From Octopus sinensis (taxonomy: Eukaryota), in assembly GCF_006345805.1 (NCBI RefSeq), contig NC_043002.1:29388001-29452000 (forward strand): 64,000 nucleotides of DNA, written 5' to 3'. Both the position numbers and the translations under genes were made by a program. Below are positions 1 through 12,878 of this stretch, piece by piece; the first letter of the stretch is position 1, and every line of letters begins with the position of its first letter. Below the pieces are notes generated by a model. The model was not told the DNA's origin, searched no databases, and saw only the letters and a list, made by a program, of their open reading frames with translations.

Positions 1-218
1 TCTTATAACCGCTGCAATGCCGGGAAATCTAAATTTATGAACATTGTGACACAATAAAGACAGCAGCCTGAATTTCCGAATACAAAATATAAACAAAACT
101 ACAATTAGTGGAAACCTTACTTGAAAGTATATAGAAAAAGATTTTTATTGGTTTGAGTGGAAAAAAAAAATCAAATCAAACTTAAATCTCATTGTTCTAA
201 AGTATGGCAGCAACTTAC

Positions 219-237
219 CTCAAGAAAATTGTTCGGG
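219..237 (-). CDS. Candidate 19-nt micro-exon of an unidentified minus-strand gene
   Basis: TTTTTTTTTCATCTCTATTGTAG|CCCGAACAATTTTCTTGAG|GTAAGT. Based on splice signals only. Confidence 0.3.
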
Positions 238-589
238 CTACAATAGAGATGAAAAAAAAAGGTCAAGAATTCTGAAAATCAAGACATTAATTAAACATTA
301 AGAAAGCAGAATGAACTTCCAAATATAAACAGAACAACCAAATAGAGATGCTGTTGCAGTAAGAAAAATAGGAAAGCTGTTGGTTAATTTAGAATTCATC
401 AAATGGTTTCATTAAGTATTATGAGACAAATACAATGCATAAACAGAACGGCTCCGACTGAGTCCAATAATCTTTATATATAAAAGTGAAGTTGTGTGAG
501 TGTCTGTCTCCTACAAAAAAACACATGCAAATACATCTGTGTTTATTAAAGTCTCACATATATACATATATATGCGCCATCTACGCATA

Positions 590-752
590 GGCGTAGGGGT
601 GGCTGTATGGTAAGTAGCTTGCTTACGACCCACATGGTTCCGGGTTCAGTCCCACTGACACCTTGGGCAAGTGTTTTCTACTATAGCCTCGGGTCGACCA
701 AAACCGTGTGAGTGGATTTGGTAGACGGAAATTGAAAGAAGCCCGTCGTATA
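590..752 (+). mobile_element. SINE family A, 5' half
   Basis: GGCG(C/T)AGGxGTGGCTG..GGTAAGTAGCTT..GGTTCAGTCCCACTG..CCTTGGGCAAGTG..GAAAGAAGCCCGTCGTATATA, shared with about 10 copies in the window. Confidence 0.85.
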
Positions 753-1230
753 TATATATATATGTATGTATGTATGTATTTATGTATGTGTGTTTATATG
801 TTCGTGTGTATGTGTATAAAATCAATGTATACAATACATATAATACCTATCAAAACTATTTATTATATATAATGCATAATATATTACACAAAAATTTATA
901 TAATATAGATGTATATACTGTAATTTATTTCTATTTATAATAATATATAATCTTGTGCGTTTTTTACAATGATTTGGGTAGGGCTGATGAATAAAAATTC
1001 TGTAAATAATAGTAATATTTAATGAGCTTAAAGCGTATAAGTAATCAGCGTGTATTAATAGTCCAATATTGTGATATATAAGCCTCTACAGAAACAAAAG
1101 AAGGGTTTCCTCAAGTGTGTAGGTTGAACCCACGAAACTATATACGTGCGATAAGTATGCTACAATTTACGCCAAAGTACCCCCTCGTTTCTTGCCGTTA
1201 GATCTAAGAACAATAACTTCACATCGTCTT

Positions 1231-1285
<55 letters not shown>

Positions 1286-1792
1286 ATATATATGGCCTGC
1301 TCGCTTAGTCAGCGGGACGCGTCATTTGACGGCTAAAACAATGCGAAGCGCATTGTGTCCAGCGATGTGTAGCAACATCTGATAGCCTGGTCGGTTACGG
1401 TGATCACGGTGATATAAATATATATAAAATGCATATTGATATATGTATATATATTTGTGTGTGTGTGTGTGTATATATATACACACGCAAACACGTACAT
1501 ATATACGCGCATACAAACATACACACATATATATCTATGTAGTATAGGAGTGTTGAAAACTAGAGGAGGAATGGAACTCAGTATATAGTTGCATATATAT
1601 AATTCGTGTTTGTCTGCAAAGTTACGTAAATTGCACTTACGAAACTACAATGTGTGTACGTGGGCATATATGTGTACGCTGACCCGTACATGTATGTGAG
1701 CGGGTATAGAAATATATGCGTGTAGCTGTTGTGGTATATACATATATGATATATACATATATACATACGTACATGCGTACATATATATATAT

Positions 1793-1840
<48 letters not shown>

Positions 1841-2893
1841 ATCTGTGTATGTTATATATATATATATATATATAATATATATATATATGTGTGTGTGTGT
1901 TGTGTGTATATATATATTTATATATGCATACATTCAGAGAATGAGAGAGAGAGAAAGACAGAGAGACAGAGACAGAAAGAGGCACTGACGAATGTATCTA
2001 TGTATATGTGCGTGTATGTATGTGTATATACGTGTGTATGTGTGTATACATGTGTGTGTGTGTGTGTGTGGGTGTGTGTGTGTGTGCACATCCATCCAAG
2101 TTTTCAATTTATGAGGCACGCACGTATCTACGAGCATGTTCGTAAAACGAACGAGTTTGTATGTTTAAGTTTGTGTGTGTGAGTTTGAATGCATATGCAA
2201 GTGTGTTACTCTATTAGAATGGATATGAGTGTGTATGTGTGTGAGTATGTGTGTGCGTGTGTGTGTGTGTATGTGTGTGTGTATGTGTGCCAATCGAGGG
2301 ATGTAATGTGCATTGGTTGTCTGACATATGTGCCAAAATCTTCAGAAAATTTATAAACCTTAACGTAGCCCTACTCCACCTCATAATAGCAGGGTGGGAC
2401 TGACAGGTAGAGTGGGGGAACGCAGAATGATGAAGAACCGGTATGGATGCACAAGATTCGCTTGCACAACCTAATTTACTTCACCATCATTTTTACGGAA
2501 TAATTTTTCATCTCAGAATGTCAATTAAGATTTGGGTAATTTCCCTTTTTTTTTCCTTTTTTTTTATATTTCGCCATCCCCAAAACCAACACACCTTCCA
2601 CTCCTCCTACTCGAACATCGTCGCCTTACCCATAACTCGGTGCCTTTACATTTCTCACCTCTTTCTCTTTTCCATCTCTCTCTCTCACTTTCTCTCTCTC
2701 TCTCTATGTATGTTCATATATGTACGTATTTACACGTATGTACGCATCTACGTGCGCCTTTTTGCGTGTGTGTATATATGCATTATACTCTATCTTATCG
2801 TATCGCTTATTATTGAGCATCTTACGCATATGTTATTTTCTTTCATTCATCTCACATTATATACGTGTATGTATTTGTAAGTATGTATGTAAG

Positions 2894-3016
<123 letters not shown>

Positions 3017-3060
3017 GTGTGTGTGTAGAAGGTTGAAAAGAAACACAGGATTTGATAAAT

Positions 3061-3391
3061 ATAGAAAAAGAGTCAAGGTAGAAAATGCTAAAATTATTTT
3101 ATAAAAAACATTTCAATACCGGTTTCAATGATTGAGACTTTTTCAACTATAAGTATGGAAAACAATTAACCTACAAAAGTAAACAAGAGACACAGAACCA
3201 GGCAGAAATAAGGAAAATGCCTCTTGTATTTGAACACTATACAAATCTTCTTTTAAAAACTTTCTTTTAATTTTTCCAACATTTAATTGTTTTCCATACT
3301 TACTGTTGAAAAGGTCTCAATGACTGAAACCGGTACTGAAATGCTTTTTATAAAAGTATAACAGCATTTTCTACCTTGACTTTTTTCCATG

Positions 3392-3392
<1 letters not shown>
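3061..3392. mobile_element. Fold-back element with about 105-bp inverted arms
   Basis: 3065-3169 (AAAAAGAGTCAAGGTAGAAAATGCT..GGAAAACAATTAA) is the reverse complement of 3283-3388 at roughly 85% identity, with a spacer of about 110 bp. Confidence 0.8.
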
Positions 3393-3438
<46 letters not shown>

Positions 3439-4264
3439 ATATATATAATTGTTAAAGAGGGCAACAAACGTTAAGGCAAGACAAACGTCTCAAGTCATAT
3501 ACGCTATTAGGATTTTAACCTACATGGATTTACACAGGATTGCACTTAATGACTTACGGACTTACTTCTACATAATCGGAAAGTTGAATTGTGAACTTTT
3601 ATACTTCTTTTTCTTCTATTTCGCCATCTCCTTATTCCTTTTCTCGTATCTTCTGTGTCTTCATTTTATTAATCTATACCCTTATTTTCCCTATTTGTTT
3701 CCGATGACGGAATATCCCATACTCTGAGATATCGCAAAAACAGCTGTAAGACTTTGAATGTTTTCCAATAGTAATAGCGTATATGACTTGAATTCGCTAT
3801 ATCGGAAATCTACAATGGTTCCATAACAACCGTCTCGGTTATAACCTTGGAGCCCTAGTAATCCGTTACAGCACTTAACTAGCGTACGTAACGTACCTGT
3901 AAACTAAACCCCCATACTTTGGATATGTATATACACATATATACTTAGGCATATGTGCATATATGTAAACATATATGTATGAGTGTGTGTGTGAATGTGT
4001 TTGTGTGCATGCTTTTCATTATGTACGTATATATTTGGTTGTTGGTTTCGCAGGGAGAAGTCCTACTTTCTTACAGGCTAAAGTTCATAGAGCTGGGCTC
4101 CATATATTCTACTAAACATTAAAATGAGAACGACAGTTTAATCGCTGGCCACTAAGCATTGAAACATTTTGTATCAGATTACATAGCAGCTGGTAGATTT
4201 GGCTGATGGTAGCCTTTCGTAGTCAGAAGGCGGCGGTTTCGCAGTTTTTTGTTGCACAACGCGC

Positions 4265-4510
4265 ACAAATTCAGATGACTTGTTATATTGATCAAACGTA
4301 TGTGCTGTACATTAGCTCACTTCCCCCATCAAATCGATGTTGTTTGCATAAGTGCACGGTATACCATGCTTCAGGTGTTCAAATGATCGCAGAGCAACAT
4401 GTCATGAAATGTTTTGCGCAAAAACACAACGTACCACCTAGTCTAGGAACTGAAACCATGATTCCTCGATCGTAAGTGTAGCACAATAACCACAGGACCA
4501 TGCACCTCCA
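4265..4510 (-). mobile_element. Further tRNA-headed SINE-like copy (family F)
   Basis: The minus-strand head GGTGCATGGTCCTGTGGTTATTGTG..GGTTTCAGTTCCTAG resembles the family D head, but the body differs. Confidence 0.55.
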
Positions 4511-4546
4511 CCACCGGTAGATTACCAAGTATGCATGGGTGTGTAC

Positions 4547-4918
4547 TACTTTACTCTTTTTCTTGTTTCAGTCATTTGACTGTGGCCATGCTGAAGCACC
4601 GCCTTTAATCGAGCAAATCGACCCCAGGACTTATTCTATCGGTCGCTTTTGCCGAACCGCTAAATTACGGGTATGTAAACAACAGCATCGGTGGTCAAGC
4701 GATGTTGGGGTGGGGGGACAAACACAAACAGACATATATATACATATACATATATACGACGGGCTTCTTTCAGGTCCGTCTACCAAATCCAATCACAAAG
4801 CTTTGGTCGACCCGAGGCTATAGTAGAATACAGTTGCCCAAGGTGCCACGCAGTGGGACTGAACCCGGAACCATGTGGTTCGTAAGCAAGCTACTTACCA
4901 CACAGCCACTCCTACGCC
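4547..4918 (-). mobile_element. SINE family A, full length
   Basis: Both conserved halves, the central (TA)n spacer and the 3' AGTAAAAGAG-type tail are present. Confidence 0.9.
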
Positions 4919-5014
4919 TATGTGTGTTATTGAATTTCACAATGCACAGTATTATTGGGTGTGCATGTTTGGGCACCAATAGGGTTTGAAAGCCAATGTA
5001 TGTCACAAATGTAA

Positions 5015-5097
5015 ATATACTGGAACGATGCAAAGAAGATTAGTATGGCCCCTGCGCAAGGATGACACGCAAATTCCCGAAGCGCTACACATTTTTT
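5015..5097 (+). pseudogene. U6: U6 snRNA pseudogene lacking the 5' stem-loop
   Basis: TGGAACGATGCAAAGAAGATTAGTATGGCCCCTGCGCAAGGATGACACGCAAATTCCCGAAGCGCTACACATTTTT matches the conserved metazoan U6 3' two-thirds with about 8 substitutions. The ACAGAGA box reads GCAAAGA and the catalytic AGC reads AGT, so it is non-functional. Confidence 0.92.
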
Positions 5098-5100
5098 ATA

Positions 5101-5455
5101 GGTGCAGAAGTGGCTGTGTGTTAAGTAGCTTGGGTTCAGTCCCACTGTGTGGCACCTTGGCCAAATGTCTTCTACTATAACTGCGGGCCTTGTGAGTGGA
5201 TTTGTTGACGGAAACAGAAAGAAGTATGTCTGTGTGTGTATGTGTGTGTTTGTGTGTCTGTATTTGTCCTCCTACCATCGATTGACAACCGATGTTGGTG
5301 AGTTTACGTGCCAGTAACCTAGTGATACAGCAACAGAGACCCATAAAATAAGTACTGGGCTTACAAAGAAGAAGTCGTGGGTTGGATTTGTTCGACTAAA
5401 GGCGGTGTTCCAGCATGGCCGCAATCAGATGACTGAAACAAAAGAATAAAAGAAT
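5101..5455 (+). mobile_element. SINE family A, full length, abutting the U6 fragment
   Basis: Same consensus, with small deletions in the head. Confidence 0.9.
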
Positions 5456-6050
5456 ACAGACGAACTATAAGTGTTACACCATCTCGATTCCAAGTCCCAC
5501 ATCATACATTTCTAGTATTCTGCCTAAGTCATTAGTATGTTTGTTTCTCTTTGTCTGGGCACGTGTGAGTGTGTGAAAGAGAGAGAGAGAGAGGGAGAAA
5601 GAGAGAAGAAAAGAGAGAATGAGAGACAGAGAAACAGAGAGAGGGGGAGACAAAGTGTATGTGTGTGTGGCTTGTGCGTGTATGTGTGTGTATGTGTGGG
5701 ATGCGTATGTGTGTGTGTTTGCCGAAGTACGTGCACGAATACCCTAGTAAAAAATCGGCGAAAAATCGTTTGAGAAATGTGTATTTGCTATACTACAGGA
5801 ATTAAGGCTAATTTATAACTTTACAGTTAATTATACCAATTAAACATGTTAGTTATTCACTCTGCAGATCTTGATTTGGTTAGAGCCGAGTCTAAATCAT
5901 GATTTTTAAACGGAGTACCTGTAAGCGATTTGTGTCTATTGGGTTAAATGAAATTGTAGTTTTTCTTCTTTTTTTCTTTTCCAAATAAACACACGCAGTA
6001 TATATTCATTCTTCACTTGTTTATTACCGTTATTTTATCTGATATTCATT

Positions 6051-6095
6051 GTCCAGAAATCTTTCGTCACACATCTGTGACCTCTTCAGCGACAC
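6051..6095 (-). ncRNA. Degenerate minimal hammerhead ribozyme motif in a Penelope-like terminal fragment
   Basis: The minus strand reads GTGTCG-CTGAAGA-G-GTCACA-gatg-TGTGAC-GAAA-GATTT-C-TGGAC. The core and 6-bp stem II are intact; stems I and III are imperfect. Confidence 0.55.
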
Positions 6096-6771
6096 TTTCG
6101 GACCACATGTGTCTTTCTGCTCCACTTAATCCATTCTGACAATGCACATACAATAAAATAAGAACAGTAATATATGAGTGGAGAACAAATATATAGTGCG
6201 AGTGTTTATTTGGCAAAAAAAGTATAAAAGAAAAAACAATGACCGTCCCGAAATATAGAGATTGTGGTATATTTTTCTGTGAAAACTAATGGAATAAAGA
6301 CCACAAGTTTTCATTATAGTATTGTACAAAGACAGATTTGACAAGATTACTCACGAAACAATTGCAAAATCTCAGAGGAAATGTTGTTTGGAATTGTCTT
6401 TAACCGAGAAATATAGACATACTCAAAGTATACAAACCACAGAGAGAATCATACAGTAAACACACGTGCGCTCACGCATTCGCACACACTCAAATGCACA
6501 CACACAGACGCACCTTACATAAACAGCCACACACACAAGGAAATATTCGCCCATCCGTTTACGCATATGCTAATATGAATTTACACACACATAAACGCAC
6601 ACATACACATACATAAATGCATAACTTCACCTATCTAAACACAAATGCACACACACACACACAGACGTGCGCGCATATAAGTATATATATACATGTATAT
6701 ATGTATTATGCATATATATATATATATATATATTATATTATATATATATATATAGACATATACGATTTTTT

Positions 6772-6969
6772 GTTCTTTTATTTGTATCAGGCATTAACTG
6801 TGGCCATGCTGGCGCACCTCCTTTACTCGAGCAAATCTACCCCAGACTTATTGTTTGTAAGCCTATTACTTATTCTATAGTCTCTTTTGCTAAACCGCTA
6901 AGACGTAAACAAAACAACATCGGTCGTCAAGCGATTTGTGGGGGCAAACAAAGACACGAATATATACAA

Positions 6970-7011
<42 letters not shown>

Positions 7012-7187
7012 TATATTATATATAGATGGGCTTCTTTCAGTTTCCGTCTACCAAATCCACTCACAAGGGTTTGGTCGGCCCGAAGCTATATTAGAAAACA
7101 CTCGCCCAAGGTGCCACGCAGTGGGACGGAACTCAAAACCATGTGTTGGTAAGCAAGCTACTTACTACACAGCCCTCCTCCTGCGCC
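6772..7187 (-). mobile_element. SINE family A, full length
   Basis: Same consensus, with an expanded (TA)n spacer. Confidence 0.9.
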
Positions 7188-7252
7188 TATATACATAGAT
7201 ATGTTTGTGTGAGTGTGTGCATACATGCATACATACATACACTATACAGTAC

Positions 7253-7310
<58 letters not shown>

Positions 7311-7721
7311 GTACATATACATATAAGTACATATGTGTGGTGTGTGTTATACACACACATGCAAACACACACACACACTCACACACATGCACACACACAC
7401 ATATATAAATATATATATGTGTATATATGTAACCAGCTGCTGTGTGTATTCTGCCGAAATTTCAGTCTACATTTACGACTTTTCAACAACTCACACAAGC
7501 CATTAACATTTATGTAAACAACAACTTAACTATAACGAAAACCTCTCATATAGCTTATCTCTCTGTCTCTCCCCCTTCTCTCTCTCCCACTGTGTGTGTG
7601 TGTGAGTGCGTGTGTATGTAGGTGTGTACATTTGAAAATATATATCTTTGCAGAGAACTGCGTGTGATTACACACGCACCTCACACACATACATATATAC
7701 ATACATATATACATGTTCCAT

Positions 7722-7765
<44 letters not shown>

Positions 7766-7899
7766 TATATATGTATGTATGCATGTAAATTACTCTGGAC
7801 ATTTCCATAGTGAGATGATGATGACGATGTGCTTATGTGTATATGTGTACGAGTGAGTAAATATGCATATATATATTATATATAATATATATATATATA

Positions 7900-7937
<38 letters not shown>

Positions 7938-7988
7938 TATATTATATGTACATAAATGTATATATATGTATATATATAGGTATATATA

Positions 7989-8390
7989 GGCGCAGGAGTG
8001 GCTGTGTGGTAAGTAGCTTGTTTACCAACCACATGGTTCCGGGTTCATTCCCACTGTGTGGCACCTTGGGCAAGTGTCTTCTACTATAGCCTCGGGCCGA
8101 CCAAAGCCTTGTGAGTGGATTTGGTAGACGGAAACTGAAAGAAGCCCGTCGTATATATGTATATATATGCGTGTGTGTGTTTGTGTGTTTGTCCCCCTAG
8201 CATTGCTTGACAACTGATGCTGGTGTGTTTATGTCCCCGTTACTTAGCGGTTCGGCAAAAGAGACCGATAGAATAAGTACTGGGCTTACAAAAGAATAAG
8301 TCCCGGTGTCGAGTTGCTCGATTAAAGGTGGTGCTCCAGCATGGCCGCAGTCAAATGACTGAAACAAGTAAAAGAGTAAAGAGAAAGAGT
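7989..8390 (+). mobile_element. SINE family A, full length, close to consensus
   Basis: tRNA-like head, CCTTGGGCAAGTGTCTTCTACTATAG body, central TA/TG tract, and tail CAGTCAAATGACTGAAACAAGTAAAAGAGTAAA. Confidence 0.92.
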
Positions 8391-8513
8391 ATATATATAT
8401 ATATATACATGTAAGTGTATATATGTATATATATATATGGTAAATGTGTATCTCTTTATCTATCTATTTAACTGTACTTGTGTGTGTATATATACATGTG
8501 TGTGCATATATAA

Positions 8514-8553
<40 letters not shown>

Positions 8554-8688
8554 GTGTGTGTGCGTGCGTATACATATATTTATATATGGTTGCATTATAT
8601 AGTAGCTCATTTTCTCCTTATGTTCGTATGTGTTTACTTTGTCCGTGTATTTCGTTTTATTTGTGTTGACTACGAGTGGATATGTACA

Positions 8689-8739
<51 letters not shown>

Positions 8740-9130
8740 CACAAACACATATATCTTTGTGTGTTTGTACTTGCATATGTACATATATTGTCTCTGTCTC
8801 TTACACACATATGCACATTTGTGAACATTTTTTTTCTTCTAAATACCTTTATGTATATGTGTGTGTATGTGTGTTTGTTCGTGTGTATACACAAAACCAT
8901 TCCGTTTGTGTTTCTTTATTTTCCTCTTGCTTGCGTGGGTGCCTGTTTACCATACATGCGATTGCTTGTGATTGTGTGTATGTGTGTTCCTGCGATTGCA
9001 TGCATATGTGTGTGAATGTGAGCGTATGTGTATGTGTGCGTGTGCGTATGTGTATATATACACACACACACATATACGTATACATATATACATATAAATA
9101 CGCAAATTACACATATATTACGCTCATTAT

Positions 9131-9215
<85 letters not shown>

Positions 9216-10438
9216 TATACATATTTCTCATAAAAGGGAGATGAGCTGAATAAAAAAAAATTGTTATATAAAATGACACTTTAAGAGAAAAATTTAAAAA
9301 AGTAGATGAAGTAGGGAATTAGTAAAAATGGTACATCACTCCCACGTGACGAATGGAATAACCTAGTCACTATAAGTAACGAGAAGTACGTGAAGTACCA
9401 GAGTACGTATTAGGCATTCAGAGAAGTCTTGTCTTTATTGGTTTGAATTAGTATACCGTATACCGAAGTTGGCGTTATAACAATCCAACATATTAAGGAT
9501 TATAACATTCCCTCAAAGTCGTACTTTGCTCAAGTATTTTTTAATGTAGACCTGGGCTGATCAAAGTATTGAGAATGGATTTTTGTAGACAGAGAAGAAA
9601 CGGTATCGGTGTATGCGATGTGTGTCTAACTTCTTTTAGCTATGGTAAAGTCTTCGACAACGTTTCGATCTGATTGGTAATGTCTTCGACAACGTTTCGG
9701 TCAGCAGAGAATACACAACATACTCAGAGTCTATATTATTCAAAGAGAATGATTCGTTAGTTTTGTTCTGAGTCTCTAGGCTTTTTGATCAAATTTCGCT
9801 CTTGTCAATGCGTACACAAAATACGTAACAGATACGTATTGAGATAATGTATGTATGTTTAACATCTTTTAATCTGAGATTCCAGACACATACAGATCAA
9901 GGCATCAAGATATTTACAAAAAAATTAATCACGAAAGGAGGTCTTGGAGGACTGATACTTTAAGATTTTCCCTCTTATTCTTGATAAGACATTAGAGATA
10001 ATACTACTTCTAATTCACAAGGTTTAGCTTAGCCTTTCATCCTCTTGGGGTTAACAGAAATGTACCAATCGGGGAAAATTGATAGACGTTACTCTAAGAA
10101 TATATAACTAGATATTATACCCTAGACAATCGAGTTCTGAATATAAAATCCCACACTACCTTTTCCTATTTGGGTGATAGATTTAATGTGTTGACTTGAT
10201 AAACCCCACCGCCTTTTGTATCTTAGGACCCGCTAAAGCATTTAACTCCGTTGAAATTACTCGGGACAGAATCACGGTGAGAAAACATTTTCATAATACC
10301 ATCCATTATTCTTAGGGGCCCTTTAAATAGTCATGAGCATTGCATTCCACTTTGATGGCAAAAAAGAGAGAGTAAAATTTAGTCTTCAATCACTAATCTG
10401 TAGTAATTTCAATATTTGAGTTATAAGAGGATACTTAC

Positions 10439-10446
10439 GGACGGAC
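10439..10446 (-). CDS. Candidate 8-nt micro-exon
   Basis: ATTTTCTCTCTTCGTTAG|GTCCGTCC|GTAAGT. Based on splice signals only. Confidence 0.28.
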
Positions 10447-10752
10447 CTAACGAAGAGAGAAAATATCCGTAGATGTCCCCATACATTTGGCTTCAACATT
10501 CTGTTACTAATCTAATGTCTAGAGGTGCATTTCCTACATTCTTGGAAATAAGCAATCATGAAAAGAATAATTTTTTTATCAATATAGTTTTCCTCATTTT
10601 TTTAAAGAATTAAAATAGTTCGGATTATATATACAGTATGTACACACTCCTGTACTTATACATGTATGACAATATGTATTTGGATATATACATGTATATA
10701 CATATACATATATACATACACACACATGCACACACACACACACACACATTCA

Positions 10753-10790
<38 letters not shown>

Positions 10791-10813
10791 TATAATCCAA
10801 ATAAGCAGTAGGA

Positions 10814-11003
10814 TATCAAGTAGTGATGCAGTACGACCGTTTCTAGTATTTGCCAAAACTTATATTAATGTGTCCAACTGGTTAAAATTATAGTTACTTA
10901 TTTGTGGAGCTGATTATGGCATCGCATTTATATTGATATAATTATTGCATTGTTCAGTTAAATAGACCTCATTGAAACGGTTGTACTGCATCACTACTTG
11001 ATA
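10814..11003. mobile_element. 190-bp MITE with 28-bp TIRs and TA target duplication
   Basis: TA-TCAAGTAGTGATGCAGTACGACCGTTTC (10814-10843) is the reverse complement of GAAACGGTTGTACTGCATCACTACTTGA-TA (10974-11003) with 1 mismatch. Confidence 0.85.
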
Positions 11004-11970
11004 CATTGTTGCTTATATATATATATAAAGGAGTAAAAGACGCCTTCGGTCAGGAATAACCATGTTAATGCATCTAGAAAATCCGGGTAATGTTGCTTAT
11101 GGAAGACCAGCAGTCACCTATGTATACCAGGCTCCTCTCTACATGTCAGCGATGTTGTCCAAGAGAAAGGCAGAGGAAGATACAAATTGGCACCAGTGAC
11201 GTTACAACTCATTCCTACAGCTAAGAGAACTGGAACAACGGGAAATAAAGTGTCTTTTTCCAGTCGGAGAATCGAAGTCACAACCTCACGATCGTAAGCT
11301 CGACGCTCTAACCATATATATATACATATATATAACTATATGTATGTGTGTGTGTGTGTGTCGTGGTTAGGGAATTCGTCTCACAATCGTAAGCTTGTGA
11401 GTTAGATTCCACGGCACGTGCTGCGTCATTGAGCAATACACTTTATTTCACTTTCTAGTCAGCTGGCAAAAATGAATTGTACCTGCAATTGAAAGGGTCA
11501 GCCTTTTCCCTTTCTGTGTGCCGCTGGATCATCCCGAGAACTAAGTTAAAGGCAGGTGTGTTAGTGCATTGCTCAGCCACTTGAACGATAATTTCACATA
11601 TATATGAGAATATAATGGGAGTAGGGCTGCAAAAGTTCTACACAATCTTGGCTTTGCTATTACGTACCCCTATTATAAAGTGAACTTTATGCTTATATTG
11701 TCCTAATAATTCATCGCAGGACCCAGAGGTTATAAATCTGCAAATCTGGTCATCTCCAGTGAAAAGAAGGACGGACGTCATAGCATTATTTACGTTGATG
11801 TGTATTATTTACGTTGATGTGTATTACGCGTTGATGTGTATTATACAGACATAGACACACATATATGTATGCATGCACACATGCACACATATATGTATGC
11901 ATACACACATGCACGCATATATATGCATATGCAAGATTTGTATATATATATGTATAATTCTTTATATGTA

Positions 11971-12828
11971 TCTGGTGCGGTGAATAAACTGTCTAAATTA
12001 CGCAAAAATGAAAATAATGGTGGCATCTTATTTTAACAGATATATTTACCAAAGTATCCTAAAAATATTTTGAAATCCTAAAGAAAAAATTATTCAATAA
12101 AATCGCCATTGGCTTCAACCATGGCCTGCAAACGACTTCAGTATCTCCTGCAACTCTTCTGGACGGTCTCCTTGTTTAAGTTAGTTAATATTGCCATAAA
12201 CCTTGCCTTCAGTCCATCTTTGGTGTTACTAGTAGTTTTACTGGTCTCTAGCTCAACTGCGTCCCACAAAGGGGTTGTAGTCTGGGGGAGTTAGGTGGCT
12301 AGATGTTAGGGGTGATGTGGTTGCAGAAATTGTTTGACAGCCATGGCTGTGTTCTGCTTTTGTAGCATGGTGCTGAGTTCTTTTGCCAGACTGAGTGCCT
12401 TCCACCAGTCACCCTCTTGACCCAGAGTATTACTACCTCCTCCATGCACTTGATGTGAACATCCGTGTTGAGTTTGAAGACGTGTCGGAAAATGTATGGA
12501 GGCATAACGTCACTAGTGATCACTCCAAACGCCATTATGTTGACTGCATGTTTAATTTTTATGATTCTCGCTACTTGTCCTCAGACTGCACTGTTCTCAC
12601 ATCGACACACACACACTCTGAAATGTTCGTATTGGAGTTTCCGGCGCGAGTGCCAAGCAGTACAGCATGTGGTTTCCAAATTTCTGACATAATGAATTGC
12701 GTCATGGTGTATTTTTCTCATAAATGGTGCCCAACTGACCCTACTATAAGTTGTAGTCGACAAAATCAAAAACAAACAATGCACATGCACGAAATTAAAA
12801 GTGGTGACAATTTACTCTTCGCAAACTG
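11971..12828 (-). mobile_element. Internally deleted Tc1/mariner-superfamily DNA transposon
   Basis: Flanked by TA at 11969-70 and 12829-30, with degenerate terminal inverted repeats (14/23 matches). It contains the transposase remnant listed next. Confidence 0.8.
12090..12705 (-). pseudogene. Tc1/mariner transposase remnant (N-terminus fused to C-terminal catalytic region)
   Basis: The N-terminus MTQFIMSEIWKPHAVLLG is followed after a large deletion by MAFGVITSDVMPPYIF..WQKNSAPCY..PNI*PPNSP/DYNP..WDAVE..SRLQAMVEANGDFIE*. This includes the QDxAP-like and WPPNSPDLNP-like motifs, with in-frame stops and a frameshift. Confidence 0.9.
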
Positions 12829-12836
12829 TATGTTTG

Positions 12837-12878
<42 letters not shown>

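Noticed and set aside
296-350. HLYLVVLFIFGSSFCFLN, resembling an ion-channel S6 segment
   Set aside because: T-rich DNA yields hydrophobic peptides; a stop follows and there is no good donor.
3303-3338. Hammerhead-like string CTGTTGA-aaa-GGTC..GACT-GAAA-CCGG-T-A in the fold-back arm
   Set aside because: Core A6 is replaced by T and no stem I forms, so it is not callable as a ribozyme.
9640-9705. Duplicated TCTTCGACAACGTTTCG; reads GKVFDNVS (RT-like) or GAAACGTT (hammerhead-like) on the minus strand
   Set aside because: Neither further RT motifs nor a CTGANGA core could be supported.
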